From Callorhinchus milii (Eukaryota): DNA of 64,000 nucleotides. The notes beneath the pieces are model-generated. The model was given only the letters and a program-made list of their open reading frames with translations, was not told the DNA's origin and ran no database searches. This document shows, piece by piece, positions 25,012 through 38,369 of this stretch; position 1 is the first letter of the stretch, and each line of letters begins with the position of its first letter. The DNA lies in the NCBI RefSeq assembly GCF_018977255.1, contig NW_024704742.1, positions 80,106,001 to 80,170,000 on the forward strand. The letters are read 5' to 3'. A program made the position numbers and the translations under genes.

Positions 25012-25318
25012 TGCAAGCGAGAGGACCTGGGTTGGATTCCCAGGTAGGGCAATATATTGGGCAATTTTTCTTACTCCACATGCCTCTGTTTACCTAGCAT
25101 TAAATAGGAGTCGGGTTGTCAGTCAATTGGCATCTGATCGCTTTTCCAGGGGTAATAATTCCTTCAAAAAAAAATAATAATTTGGTCACTTAATCCATCA
25201 CTGTTTTGCCCACAAAATATACAGTCAACTCACTTTAACGTATATTCTGTGAAGTGTTTTGAGATGTCTCAAAGATGTGATAAGGCGCTATATCAAATGC
25301 AAGGATCATTATAATATT
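25012..25318 (+). mobile_element. tRNA-SINE, long variant
   Basis: gcaagcgagaggacctgggttgg...gcctctgtttacctagc...tcaaatgcaaggatcatt. Confidence 0.85.
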
Positions 25319-25334
25319 ACTGAGTGCCTCTTCA

Positions 25335-26010
25335 TAATAGAGTGCCTTTTACGTCAGTAGGACTACATAAGGCGCTGGACAGTCAGGGGTCAGAACCCGA
25401 GCATGGGGGAGGGGTAGGGTAGGGGTGAGGGGAGGCAGAGTGGTGGGAGGGAGACCAAAGGCACGGTCAAAGAAAAGGGTCTTGAGACCGGCCTTGAAGG
25501 AGGCAACGGAGGAAGCGAGGCGAAGGGAATGTGGGATGGAGTTCCAGAGTGTGGGGGCAGAGAGGCTGAAAGCCCGATCACCGATGGTAGGGTGGGTCAG
25601 GTGGGAGACATGGAGCAGGCCGGAGCCCGCTGAACAGAGGGAGCGGGTTGGAATCGGGGAGGGTGGGGGCTGAGTGGCTGAAGGCCCGCCTGCCAATGGT
25701 GGGGCGGGTGAGGTAGGAGACGTAAAGCAGGAGGAAGCCCACTGAGTGGAAGGAGCAGGCAGGTTGGTAGGGGGTTAGGAGTTCACAGAGGTAGGTGGAA
25801 GCAAGGCCATGGAGGGCTTTGAAGGTGAGGACTAGGATCTTGAACGGTAACCTCTGTGAAATGGGAACCAGTGGGGTCAGGAAGCCTAGTGCGGTAGAGT
25901 ACACAGGCTGCAGAACTCTGGATGATCTGCAGCCAGTGGAGGTCATGTTGTGGAGGCCAACAAGTAGAGAGTTTGCATAGTCGAGCCTGGATGTTATGAA
26001 TTTGTGTATA
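25335..26010 (-). mobile_element. L2 3' fragment with an internal duplication
   Basis: ORFs read SRLDYANSLL and then the 'PTIG.RAFS.SAPTL' block twice. Confidence 0.85.
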
Positions 26011-26310
26011 AGGGTCTCGGTGGCCTGTGGTGTGAGATAGTGTGAGATAGCAACTTCACCACCCACAATTGATGCCATCCCCTCAATCTCAAGATCATAT
26101 ATGACATTGACATATCTGAGCTTTCAATCAAAGACAAGTCCTTAACCAATCATCTCTTCATCTCTGTCTTCTTTCGCCAAGTCCTCCAACATCTCTTTCC
26201 ACCCCTGGAGATAGCTTCCCCTGAGTCCCTTACAAGTGCCTTCTGAGAATAGGACCATCTCTCCTTCTGGCCCTCTGCCTGCAGTGATCTCAATGCAGTC
26301 TTCAAGCTGT

Positions 26311-26621
26311 TAATAATAATAATAATAATCCTTGCATTTGATATAGCGCTTTTCATGCCTTCTAGATGTCTCAAAGCGCTTCACAGAATAGACTGTAAAG
26401 TGAATTGACTGTATATTTGTGGGCGAAATGCGGCAACCAATTGCGCACAGCAGTGTCCCACAAACAGTCATGGATTAAGTGACCAATTTATTACTTTTTT
26501 CTTGAGGGGTTATTATCAGGCATATGGAGTAAGGAAACTTGCCCAAGATTTTGCCCTGCCGGGAATCGAACATAGATCTCTCGCTTGCGAGGCAAGTGCT
26601 CTAACCACTGAGCTACAGGAG
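26311..26621 (-). mobile_element. Young tRNA-SINE (short variant) nested in an old L2-like remnant (about 26060-26790)
   Basis: Full SINE with (TAA)n tail. Both flanks are pyrimidine-rich, degraded L2-like sequence. Confidence 0.9.
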
Positions 26622-27483
26622 TTAAATGTCTGTCTCTCCTGCATTTTCAATTCACTTGTCACCCTACATTCCTGGATCATCTCCCACCCCATCTGCTGCC
26701 CTTGCTATAACAGCCACCTTACGCCCATAAATCCCAAACCCGGGCACTCGAGTACAGATCTCGCAAAACCAACCTTACAGTTCACCACTGGATATGGGTT
26801 GAGCATTTTTTTGAACTAGGTTGTTCTCAGACATGGGTTAAGCTTCCAAAATTGTATCCGATACAACTATTCACAAAGACTTTCCTGAAAAAATCCAGAG
26901 TGCAGCAATCAAGAGGGAATGCTATGAGAATGGTAACAAGTGAGTAAAAAAAATTACCGTTACAGTAGATTCGAACATGCTCAAGCCACATCGGGTGGTG
27001 AACTGCAATTGTGTACGAATGGTTTCCTCTGCATCGGAGGAGAGAGAAAAACAAGGTAATTTGTCACACTCTACAATGGAATTTTCACTGTAAAGACACT
27101 GTTGGGGGTTGGAGGGGGACAAGCACATGAGAAAGCTTCATCTACCACTTGAGGGCAGGCGTAAAGCACAAGAAGCTTTACTCGGACTAGATTTTTGAAA
27201 GAAGTGGGAGAAATGAATACCGTATCTGTCTCTGGCAATTCCTGTGCCTTAATACTCAATCTGTCTGCCAATTCTCCAGGAAAGTAGAGGAAAGTAATTT
27301 GTCACTGTGAAACCAGCGTGGAAAAAGTAATAGATCTTCCTAATCTAGTTTAACTTTTTCTTTCTTCTGAGGGGAGGTGTGGGAGGGGAAGTAATTTCCA
27401 CTGTGAATTGTTTGTGAGAATGAAAAGTTCCAGATTAAACCTATTCTTCAAAAAGTACAGCTGCTGGTAGGTTCCTGGTGTAT

Positions 27484-27742
27484 CAGCCTGGCTTAGTTGG
27501 TAATGCACTCACCTGAGTCAGAAGATTGTGGGTTCAACCCCCACAATGTTGCTTTGAGCTCACAAGGCTAGGTTGATACTACAATACTTTATTGGGGATC
27601 GCTGCATTGTCAAAAGTGCTGTTCTTGGGATGAAGCTTAAAGCAAAGTGCTGCCTATCTGTTCAGGTGGATGTTAAAGATTCCATGCCACTATTTGAAAA
27701 TAGAGGAGAGTTTTTCCCAGTGTCCTGACCAACAACCCTCCT
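27484..27742 (+). mobile_element. Deu-domain SINE, 5' half
   Basis: cagcctggcttagttggtaatgcactcacctgagtcagaagattgtgggttcaa...gtcctgaccaacaaccctc. Confidence 0.8.
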
Positions 27743-29319
27743 GTTGGAATACAACACATAGAATGTTTTAAGGCAGGAATGCATGAAAATTATAATCATT
27801 CATGTTGCTCATCTTGGTCATATGAGTCAAAATGGCAGGAACAACCATTTTGCACTCAAACTAACAAGCTGCTTTGTTCCAAGAAGAAATGGTCAGCCAG
27901 CGAATGTCGGAGTAAGATAATGGATAGCTTCGAGAGGAGAGTAGGCTGTCACGTGCTGATAACACCAAGGTAGTCATACATTTCTTTAACAAAATTAAGT
28001 AAATCAACCGTATCCTCCTGTAAAAATTCTACTAATTGTTTTCCTCAGTTGGGGACAGGCACTGGCCTTGGGAGGAAGAGAGTTGCCATGCGCTGAGGAT
28101 TAATACGCAAGTTGCTCTGTATCAGAATCCCTAGTTATCTTTGAAAAGGAGAAGTCTGGCGCCAGTCATACAGCGCAACCATGATCAGCTCACGCTTGGT
28201 CGAATGAGCAACATGTGCAAAGCCTGAGTACGTGGCAGGCCTCTGATTGGGGGAAACTAAGGGAAGAACCCTTAGGCCTCATGGTATAACTAACCTCGTA
28301 TTAAGCAAGCCAGGCACAGATCCAGCCAGGAGGAGACGTGCTCTTAAAATGGTAGTATAAGTTTTGTTACTTGTAGTAGCATTATTATTCCTTCTTTTGT
28401 ATGTGTTACCTTGATCAATAAATCTCTATTACACCTTAATTGGATTGTCGGGTCATTATTGGAATCTGGGGATTCGGAAATCCCAACACTCCTGATAAAA
28501 TTATTATTCACCACATGGCTGTTTGTGGGATATTTCTGTGTGTAAACTGCTGCCACATTTGCCTACAAAATAAAATTGCCATTCTCCACAGTAGTTTCTG
28601 TAAAGCACTTTAAAATGTCATTCTGATGTTAAAGGTGCTATATCCAAGTATTATTATTTTATTATTTAGGATGGAGTGTGCTTTGAGATGAGATACAGGG
28701 AAATGGCAGACCAGTTGGCCTTCAGATTGTTGTTTAACTTTATATCTATCTAGTAAAATGCAATCCAAAATTCTGTTTTTCTTAGGTTTAAGACTATTAA
28801 TATTATACACGAAGACTTGGCAGATGGGTGAGTATTCAGACCCTGAAATTGGCTGAATTTCAGTGAAATTGCCTACAAATTCACAGTTAACACACTTAAT
28901 ATTCTGTGAAGGCCTTTGAGACCGTTTGATGTTGTCAGCAATTTAAATATCCTTGCTTTTGATGTTGCTTAATGCTTGCATGTCATTGAAATATCTGAAA
29001 GCATTTCACAAGATTTTTACTGTAGTGTAGTGATTGTATTTATCATATATAAGGAAGATTATTATTGTCTTAAAATGTAAGAATTTGTTGAAGTTTGGAA
29101 AAATATTTTAATTCTCACCCACTTCGAAGTGATTTTACTCAGTGCCAAAAAATACCTACAAGAAATTAGGGCTGAATTTAAAACTGTTTTGCATAAATCT
29201 GAACAATATTAAATTAGAAGGTAACAGTGTTAAGAAGAAAGACCAGAAGAACTTTCAGGCCCTGTTTTTTTTAATGCAGAGTTTAAAGCAATAGAATGTC
29301 TTTCTGATGTGCAAGTATT

Positions 29320-29810
29320 GCATACAGTTCTGGTCACAATAAAATAAGATGACTTCCACAGGCCTTGGAGGCAATGCAGATGAGAACATTGAGGATGATC
29401 AACTGTGTTAGAGGAATGAGCTATGGAATATGGTTAGACAAATTAGTGCTCTTCAGTCTTGACAGATAATAGTTGTGGTTGTTGTTGATATCTCAGAGTG
29501 GATCTTATAGCGGCGTATACAATTTTAAATGCAATGGAAAAAGTAAACCTATAACAATATTCTAGGATGCACCATGGCATAAGAACTAGGGAACATGGGT
29601 TTTGAGTTGCAAAGGGTAATTTTAAGATGGACACCAGGAGGTATTTCTTTATCCAAATAGTAATTAATAACTAGCAGGTTGCCAGGAAGGGTTATTGAGA
29701 CCAGAAAAATGACCGTATTAAAAAAGCAGCTTAATGCAGTTGGGTGGGTAATATCGAGGGATGAGATCAGATGGCTTGAAGGGTTTTCTTCATCTGAATT
29801 AATCTTGTGA
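29320..29810 (+). mobile_element. Degraded CR1 3' portion (second 3'UTR type, ending ...aatcttgtga)
   Basis: cagttctggtc...agaactagggaacatgggtttt.... Related 3'UTR text at about 1490-1590, 49810-50165, 51495-51840 (-) and 53295-53560. Confidence 0.75.
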
Positions 29811-31949
29811 AGGCAGATGGCTTCAAATAATGACTCCCTTTGGAAGCATCATTCTATTGTTTCAATGCCAATTTTTGATTATTTTCATTGCATCAAAAAT
29901 TCTTAGGTACACTTTGGTAATTCCATTTTAGGCAGCAGGTGGACATATCTTTAAAGTAATATGAGCTGACTAGATTTCTTTACATATGGCAGTAATTAGG
30001 GTTGTGTACTGTTGTGTTCTGCAAAAACTGTCAATTTTAATAACTTGCAAAATCAACAGGCACTACATTTTTGGCAGTTTACTCAAAACAAAACAAACAT
30101 TTTCTAACTGATGAACAGCTTTAATGGAATGTGTTCGAAGATTGCACCTGATAGAATCATTTAAATTTATGGATTCTATAGAAAACCTGGAACTGGTCAA
30201 TGTAGTTACATTTATAAAGCACCTTTCATATCAGAGAATGTCTCAAAGAACTTGAAATAAGAATTGGATGTCCATTGAAGGATAAATACTCAAATTGTTA
30301 TCAGTGTTGAGAGTGTATCTGTAACGCACATCTATAAAGTTAATTTCCTTTTTATTCGCCAGGTTTTACTTTAAAGCAAATTAAATTTTCTCAAATGTAA
30401 ATTGGCAGTGGAACTCTATCCCAGTGTAACAGTCAGATGATTCAATTAAGGACATTTTCACGTTGACTGATGATTCCAAGTTTTATTGCTAGACTGCGAG
30501 GTACCGATATCAGCCATAGATTTCTTTGGTAAAAACAGAATTGTAGCCGAAATAACTTATATTTGCCGGATTCGTCTGTGGAGGAGAACTGATGAATCAT
30601 CAAATGGGTATGCCAGCTAAACTAACATTCTACTGTTGAAATATTTACTATTCACTTGTGTCCAGTGCCCACTGATTAGTAATTTGGAAGAAGGATGAGG
30701 CCATTCAGCCCATCAAACCTGTTCTGCCATTTCACTAAATCATTGGTAGATCTTTTAATCTGAGCTTCATATCTTTTAATACTTTACTTTCCAAGCATCG
30801 AACACTCTTTTAAACATCCTGATCAATTCTACATTTACAGCTTTCTGTATGGATGCACAATGTCCCTCCAGCACATCCACTTTGTCTTGCTTTGTAGCAA
30901 ATGGGTGTAGACAGAGTCTCGTAGAAACATGCTTACGCTGGGGGAAAAAACCTGAAACATTGAGCCAGATTGCATTTTTGGGACCAGAAGCAATAATATT
31001 TAACCATAGACTGAAAGATTTTTTTATGACAATAATCCTTGCATTTGATATAGTACCTCATCACACCATTGAGACATCTCAAAGCTCTGCGCAGGATATA
31101 TTGTAAAGTGGATTGACTGTATTTTGTTGGAGAAACATGGCAGCCTGTTGCGCACAGTAAAGTGAGAGGTCATTGAAATAAACAGATGTATCAGGTGAGA
31201 AACTGAACAGTATAGACCTGGAGCATAAAATCACAAAATGGTCTGTTTCCATGTCATATAACTATATGTAAGAAACTATCATATGAAAAATCCACGAGTA
31301 AATGAACGAAAAATGGAGAAGGATTCCTACACGTGATCATTAACCAGTGATCCTTTCTGAAACATGTGAATGTGTGAATTTGTGGTGAGGACAGGATCGT
31401 GTGCGGCTCTGCTGTTCCCCAAGTTTGAATAGCTTGCCAACACTCAATTGTCAAAATGTATGAAGACAGATGGTTTAGCTGAGGTACTGGAGAACTGTTT
31501 GCTGCCTAAGTCACTATATGAAGGAGAAGATTTTGAAGGGCTGTTTATAGCCCAATCTTCATAAGACCTCAAGCCACTTTTAGTAATTTAATGCTTATCA
31601 CTTTGAAGAAGACTGCCGAGAGGGAAATGGTTTCATGGAAACATTAGACACTTTTTTGATGTGGCCAGAACAAGGGCTATGGATATTGTCTGCCTGCTTT
31701 TCAGTTTCTTAGCCAATAGATCATCCATGAATGTGAAGCCTAAATTTCATTCTGAAGGATTTGACCCAGGCCCATTTAGAACACATTGCTCTGTATTTAA
31801 TAACATAGGTAGAATGACAATCTCTTTGGGTCAAATGCTTTTTAAAACAAATCTGGATCTAGATGAAAGCTTGAGCCCCATGGGTAGGATATGACCAAGG
31901 TTAAAAAGAACAAATAAGGAAACAATTTGTCAAGAAATATTTGGGTGAT

Positions 31950-32640
31950 ATCATGCACCAGATTTTAAACCATTCAGGTTGATAGGGAAGGTTATGGGAT
32001 GAAAAAATTTCCTGTTCAGAGGTGCCGGGAGAGGAAATGTTGGAGAAGGAAACCGCTATGACTTTTGATTATGGCTCAATGATGAAGCAGGAAGAGCATG
32101 TAGGATGTTTATTTAAAGCTTAGAAAGGACAAGAGAGGAAATGTAAAGGAGCAACAACTATAATAATTTGAATGGGTTATGGTAAGGAAAGGTGGAAGGC
32201 AAGGAAAGGTTGGAGGTGAATAAAATATAATCTAATAGAAGAGCCGCCTTTTCTTGTATCCTGGCCAGGAGTGTGAGAGTTGTTGAAAGGGCCTCAGTTG
32301 ATGGGAGCAACACATTTTGATGAACCTATCCTTTGTAGAGGGTTAAGAATTGTTGGGAGGAAAAAACATGCTTGGCGTGAAGAGGAAAGAGACCTTGATG
32401 GATGCTTTAACATTAGAAATGGGAGAATTCCCTCTGAGATCAGATGAGATGGTAGGATCAAGAATGTTGATACTTGAAGGAATAAGTGGCGGCATCATAG
32501 CTGTTAAACATTGTTGTGCCTAGTCTGATTGACCAGTGGAAAATGATGATTGGATCCGGGGAAGAGTATGACTTTCTCTCTTTCTCCATCCTGGAATATT
32601 TGATAAAACCAACTTCTAGGACTGAAATTCCCAAGGGAAG
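31950..32640 (-). mobile_element. Ancient non-LTR retrotransposon remnant (CR1-group-like, distinct from the main CR1 and L2 families)
   Basis: Hand translation of the minus strand gives SINILDPTISSDLR, HAKHVFSSQQFLTLYKG*V and ARIQEKAA, in the order of post-RT motifs (ILGVT.SSDL.W, LTLYKAQVR, LDRIQ.KA). Confidence 0.55.
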
Positions 32641-33145
32641 CACTGCTACCTAATGGCTGTTTATGCTGCTGTATATTGTCACTCCATCAGTCTTAAAACA
32701 TTTAAAACTTTAGGCTCTCATACGTGATATTCCACAGTTTGTTTTGTGTCTTCTCATAGGGACTGCATTGAGCTTGACAATTGTTGCAATGAAAACATAA
32801 ATGAACTATACCCAGCTTATTGAGGCTTGATACCAGAAAGAATGTTAACCACATACTCTGATTTTAATGTATTTTGCAATTGCTGCAGGTTAGAAATATT
32901 TATTTTGTTCACTGGAGCCAACAATTGCTCCTGTAACCATTGACAGAGATGACGTTTCCACATAAGTAAATGGAGGTCGATTTGTTGAGTTTTTGTTAAT
33001 GTTAAATTATTTTCTGTTGATTTGACATCTTGAAATTCCTTCAGTTCCAATACTGGAGTACAATTTTTTTTCAGGGAATAAAGAGGCAAATTGAGCCTAG
33101 CAAGACCTTTTAAATTTGCAAAATGCTACAGCTCAGAGGCTCATT

Positions 33146-33518
33146 GGAGTCCTGGAGGCTTATTGGTTTAAGCACTTGCTTCGCAAGTGAAATGATCCCG
33201 GTTTGATTCCTGGGCAGGGAGAAACCTTAAGCAAGTTTCCTTACTCCGCGCCTCTATTTACCTAGCAATACGTAGTAACCCGTTTTTCGGTCGATTGGCA
33301 CATCCACTTTCCGAGGGTAATAATTGCTATAAATAAATATAATTATAATTTGGTCATTCAATCCATGACGGTTTGTGGGATACCACTGTGCTTGATTAAC
33401 TGCCGCATTTCACGCACACAATATACAGTCAATTGATTTTAGAGTCTTCTGTGAAGCGCTTTGAGATATCTCAATGACGTGATAAGGCACTGTATCAAGT
33501 GCAAGGATTATTATTATT
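33146..33518 (+). mobile_element. tRNA-SINE, long variant
   Basis: Head, tttacctagcaatacgtag block, Deu-like 3' part and tail. Confidence 0.88.
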
Positions 33519-33816
33519 GAAAACTGAGTATATAGACTGGGTCCAATGTCTCACTGATGTGATGTCAAGTCACAGATAACACTTGTACATTGCGTGCTAA
33601 GTGTAGAAAGCCCGACTGATGCGAGTCCCCCATGCACTATATAGCCTGAGTATGACTTTTGGGGATCTAAATTTAACTTATTTATTAGATTAGCTCAGCA
33701 TCCAGTTTAGCCTTGTTTATTGCTGCCTCACACTATTTTGACATTGTGAGTGATGAGTCAATTAATTTAGATCTCTTCAGCTTCCCCCTTCTATTGTATC
33801 CCTGAAGTGAACCCAG

Positions 33817-34150
33817 CAACAACAACAAATTACACCTGCATAGCAACCTTCATATTGGAAAGACGTCAGGTCCCAGGGTGCTAGACAGTCAGGGTTTTTG
33901 GATCCAAGTTGGGATCAGGAGGAATGGAGGGCAGTGGGCTTGGGAAGGTGGCTGAAGACACAATTGAAGAGGAAGATCTTTAGATGGAATTTGAAGGAGG
34001 CAAGAGCACGGGGGAGGGGGAGGGATTGTGGGATAGAGTTCCAGATGTGGGGGCCGAGATGCTGAATGGTGGGGAGGGAAATGCAGGGGCCCTGAAGCAG
34101 GCATTATAAAGTGCTCTGAGACATAATACATGAAAGGAGCCATACAAATT
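33817..34150 (-). mobile_element. Degraded L2 3' fragment(s)
   Basis: caacaacaacaaattacacctgcatagc...gggatagagttccag. Confidence 0.75.
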
Positions 34151-34602
34151 CAAGTCGTTATTGAATTCTCATAACTCCTTAAGACCTTAAACAGGATTAT
34201 ATTCCAATTTGATTATTACCGGTTCTATCTTGGTGTTTTTTCTGTAGCCAGCCTACAGCAGCATTGCCTGTGTATGAACCCAAAACAACTTTGCCATCAA
34301 GGTCTCCTGAATAGGCTCAACTCTCTTCCGTATAATAAAGAGATTTGCAAATTTGTGGAAATACACTGTCAATCAGCAAACTGAGTGATTGATGGCTATC
34401 ATTGCAAATATAAAACAAATCACATTATGAAGTCAAATAAATTGATGTAGAGCAGTACTTCACTTTAGCAAAATTTCATCAAAGATTTAAAGCTCTGCTT
34501 TTACCAAATTATTGTCTCTAAATCTTTCTATTCTCACTTAAAAAATGATATGATTATAATTTCCTGGCTAACAATCCTTGCGTTCACTTCATGGCTTTTT
34601 AT

Positions 34603-35100
34603 CAGATCATCCAGAACTCTGCAGCTCGTGTCCTCTCCCGCACCAGTTTCCGTGACCCCATCACTCCCACCTTTACCCAGCTTCACTGGCTCCCTCTTCC
34701 TCAGAGGATTGAGTTCAAAATCCTTGTCCTCACCTTCAAAGCCCTCCACAGCCTTGCCCCCTCCTAACTCTTTAACTTGCTAATCCCTTATCAACCTGTC
34801 TACTCCCTCAGCTCAGCAGGCTCTGGCCTGCTCCACATCCCCCACCCAGCCCGCTCCACCATCAGAGGTCGAGCCTTCAGTCTCTGTCCCCACCCTATGG
34901 AACTCCACTTTCCCTCCCTTGTCTCCTTCAAGGCACGTCTCAAGACCCTCCTCTTCAACCGTGCCTTTGTCTACCCTCCTACCCTCCCTGCCCTCCACTC
35001 TCCATGATCCCAATCCTCCTGCTCGGGTCCAAATCCCTAACTGTTCAGCCACTTGAGACATCCTCCCAATGTGAAAGGCACTATACAAATATAATTTGTA
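34603..35100 (+). mobile_element. L2 3' fragment (type B)
   Basis: cagatcatccagaactctgcagc...cactggctccc...tatacaaatataatttg. Confidence 0.88.
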
Positions 35101-35529
35101 TTGTATTTTATGAGACAGTTGTATGCAAATTGGCTGCCACATTCAACTACAAAATACACAATACAAAATACAAAATGTTGGTACAATGTATCTTGTGAAA
35201 CCATTTGAGACGGCCTCATGACATGAAACGTGCTATAGCAAATGCAAGAATAATTATGGCAATTTTATTCTTGCATTTGATATGTTTTATTTATTTTCAG
35301 GAATTAAATATATGAATTGTAATGTTTGACATTACTTCACTGCTCGGCCCAATACTCAAATGAAATTGAATGAAACTTTACTTATTTTACAATATAATGT
35401 TGTCATCCTAGAATCGGGTAGTCGATGGGAATCTAAACAGCTGATAAAGTAAGCAAGAAGATTGAAACTGGTGAAGTAATTGGTAGTCCCAGAGACACTG
35501 GGATCTGGGGTTTGAACCAACAAACGGTA

Positions 35530-35677
35530 CATTGCTGTGCGCAATTGGCTGCCGCGTTCGCCCACAAATATACAGTCAATTCACTTTACAGTGTGTTCTG
35601 TGAAGCGCTTTGGGACGTCCTCCCGACGTGAAAAGCGCTATATCAAATGCAAGGATTATTATTATTATTATTATTAT
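35530..35677 (+). mobile_element. SINE 3' half carrying the L2-A stem-loop
   Basis: gcgctttgggacgtcctcccgacgtgaaaagcgctatatcaaatgcaagga(tta)n. Confidence 0.92.
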
Positions 35678-36186
35678 ATATGTTAGATTCTGGGAGTCGG
35701 TGTATTTTGGTCCTTTGAAATTAAGTGGAGCCAATGGAGTTGATCCTTGAACCCTAGGTCAAAAACTACCAACAAACATTTATGAAATTTGCATTCAATT
35801 TGACATTGATGGGAGAAGAGATGAAATTGCTTTTACAGTGAATTACAGGGACTGGAAACACTGAGTAATTTTTTTTTGAAGTAACAATGTATTGGTTCTG
35901 TATTATGGAAACGATCTTAATAAATTGCTAAAAGAAAATAATGTGAAGAGAATGTAGGAAGTGCTTCAATACTGTGTAATCAACATTGAACATTGCATCA
36001 CTGAGTTGTGCATTTGTACTTCAGAAGACAGTGAAGTCTAAGGGGTAAAAATCTAAGGCAATGTGAATTTCACTGCTTTTCAAAAGATCCAACTCAGAAA
36101 ATCCTGGGGTGGGGGTGGGGGAGAGGGGTCATTTGTTCTAATATTTATTTTCTAAGGACCAAAACCTCTGACCTACCATCGTTTCA

Positions 36187-36312
36187 TGCGTTTCACCCAC
36201 AAATATACAGTCAATTCACTTTACAGCATATTCTGTGAAGCGCTTTGAGATTTCTAGAAGACGTGAAAAGCGCTATATCAAATGCAATGATTATTATTAT
36301 TATATTATTATT
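36187..36312 (+). mobile_element. SINE 3' end
   Basis: gcgtttcacccacaaatatacagtcaattcac...aaatgcaatga(tta)n. Confidence 0.88.
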
Positions 36313-37566
36313 AAACATTGAAAAGAACTGGTTAGAATTGGAAGTTTGGGGGAGGAGGAGTGAGCACTGTCACATACTTGTTGCCCATTTCACTATCAGC
36401 CATTCAGTAAATTTCAGCAGCCTTACAGTAAAACTTGGAAATATTTGATTCCAGTACATGGCACTAATTAAATGGAATTACATGTAATGTTATAGTATGG
36501 AAGCAGGTTATTCAGCCCAATTAGTCCATACCAGTGTTTATACTCCACCCCTCCTAATCCCCTTTTCTATACCCTTCTATTTCAGTGATCATGCAAGCAT
36601 TAATTGTGCTGGCAGAAATATTGCAAATTTTACTTCTAAATTGCAATTTAGTAAAAAAGGATTTGTAAATGGTGATTCCTAAACCAATATAAGTCCGGTG
36701 ATGTACTTTTAATTACTTAAGGGAGTGCTTGTTTGTAATTCTGAGCCCTATGAATAAGGAATCTGATGAGGAATCACCAATGGTTTAAAACTCTGATGGC
36801 TCACAATTTGGGCTTGTGTCAAGTGTCTTGTTTTGAGAAAAAAAATTAACCTGGCAATGCTGGTGTATTTAATGATGCTGAAATAAACTGCAGTCTGAAC
36901 TGAAATATCCTGAATAACAATAATTATAAGGTGTCAGTCCATTCCTACAGGTTATGAATGATTCATGGAATAATAAGTCAGTGCAATTAGAAATCAAATC
37001 AGAAGTTTCCTATTGGGCGCTCAGCATGTCAGAAATGACACTTTAATTATTTTACTATTAAAGAGTTTACAATTTAGTTTCACATAACTGATGCCTAAAA
37101 GGTTTGGTGACATGTTCTTATTATTGGATATGTTCAGCAAACTCCAGGGACAAAACACATTTCAGCTCATGCTTTGTTTCGGTAGCATAGCCTTTCAAAT
37201 GCTCAAACATTGACAGGGACATCAGAGGCTGCAAATATCTTTTTAATTCACAGCCAAATGTGCTTAAACATTTACATGCCTGTCTTCCCTTGTATTTTAG
37301 TGGTGTAACACACATAGGTAAAGAGTGAAGTAAAGACATTGCAGCCCTCTGAAATGAAATCATAGGCCTCAACTAATTTAATTCCTGCTAAGTAAAGCAG
37401 TTCATATTATCTACAGGAATATGGTTTTAGGTACTGACCCGGTTTAGTGTCTTAGAAAGCACATGTATACAGTGAATTCACTGTATTTCTTTGGTGTTCC
37501 GATGATGCTATATATAGTTTATGAGCAGGTCACATTTAATCTCTTAATAAGGGTCTGAAGATTGGT

Positions 37567-37608
37567 AGGGTGACTACATGTCTTCGATTTTTGGGGACAG
37601 TCCCCAAA
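37567..37608 (+). mobile_element. Possible hAT (Blackjack-like) terminal remnant
   Basis: agggtgactacatgtcttcgatttttggggacagtccc resembles AGGGTGACCA.ATGTCC...GGGACAGTCCC termini (from memory). No second TIR found. Confidence 0.35.
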
Positions 37609-37937
37609 TGAGGTATTGTGACCGTGAGCAAATTTCCCTTGTCTTCAGGTTAGCAATAACTGAGCAAGCACAATAATATTCCAAAAACAGATACGCTCAT
37701 CGGAGAAATACAGCCATTAATCCAAGAAGTTTATGCCAACATCAGGAGTTGTGGTGAATTCAACTTTTTTTTATATATGCCCTCAGATTTGACAAAATAT
37801 GCTCACCCTACTGTGGAGTCCTGCATTTTGTCTTTGTACATAAAGTGTGTATTTACACAGAGGAGAAATTGGTTATTTTTAATTAAGGTTCTTATCATTG
37901 GTTCTTTTCTGTTAGTGCTAACTATTAGTGTCTCGAA

Positions 37938-38369
37938 TTCAAGATCCTCACCCTCACCTACAAGGCCATTCACGGCCTCGCTCCCTCCTACCTCTCCGAC
38001 CTACTATCCCCCTACCTACCCGCCCATACCCTCCGTTTCTCTGGCTCCGGTCTGCTCCACATCCCCCGCCCCAACCGCCCTACTATCAGTGGCCGGGCCT
38101 TCAGCCTCTCAGCCCCGAGGCTCTGGAACTCTATCCCCCAGTGCCTTTGCCGCCTCCTCCATTTCTTCCTTCAAGGCCGGTCTCAAGACCTTTCTCTTTG
38201 ACCGTGCCTTCAGCTCTCCTCTCGACTCTCTACCCTCTCCTCGCTCCCTCCCTTCCCTCGCCTCACCCTGACCATTTCCTCCCTGCTCGGGTCCTGACCC
38301 AACTGTACAGCGCCTTGGGACGTCCTCCCGACGTGAAAAGCGCTCAATAAATGGAATCTTGTTGTTGTT
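37938..38369 (+). mobile_element. L2 3' fragment (type A, single 3'UTR unit)
   Basis: Matches 7085-7565 but lacks the 45-bp duplication. Confidence 0.93.

Noticed and set aside
26831..27056. Exon-like stretches ending in gtgagt / gtaatt
   Set aside because: Weak acceptors, and no recognisable peptide in any frame.
35240..35282. Inverted repeat aaatgcaagaataa / ttattcttgcattt
   Set aside because: Explained by two SINE tails meeting tail-to-tail.
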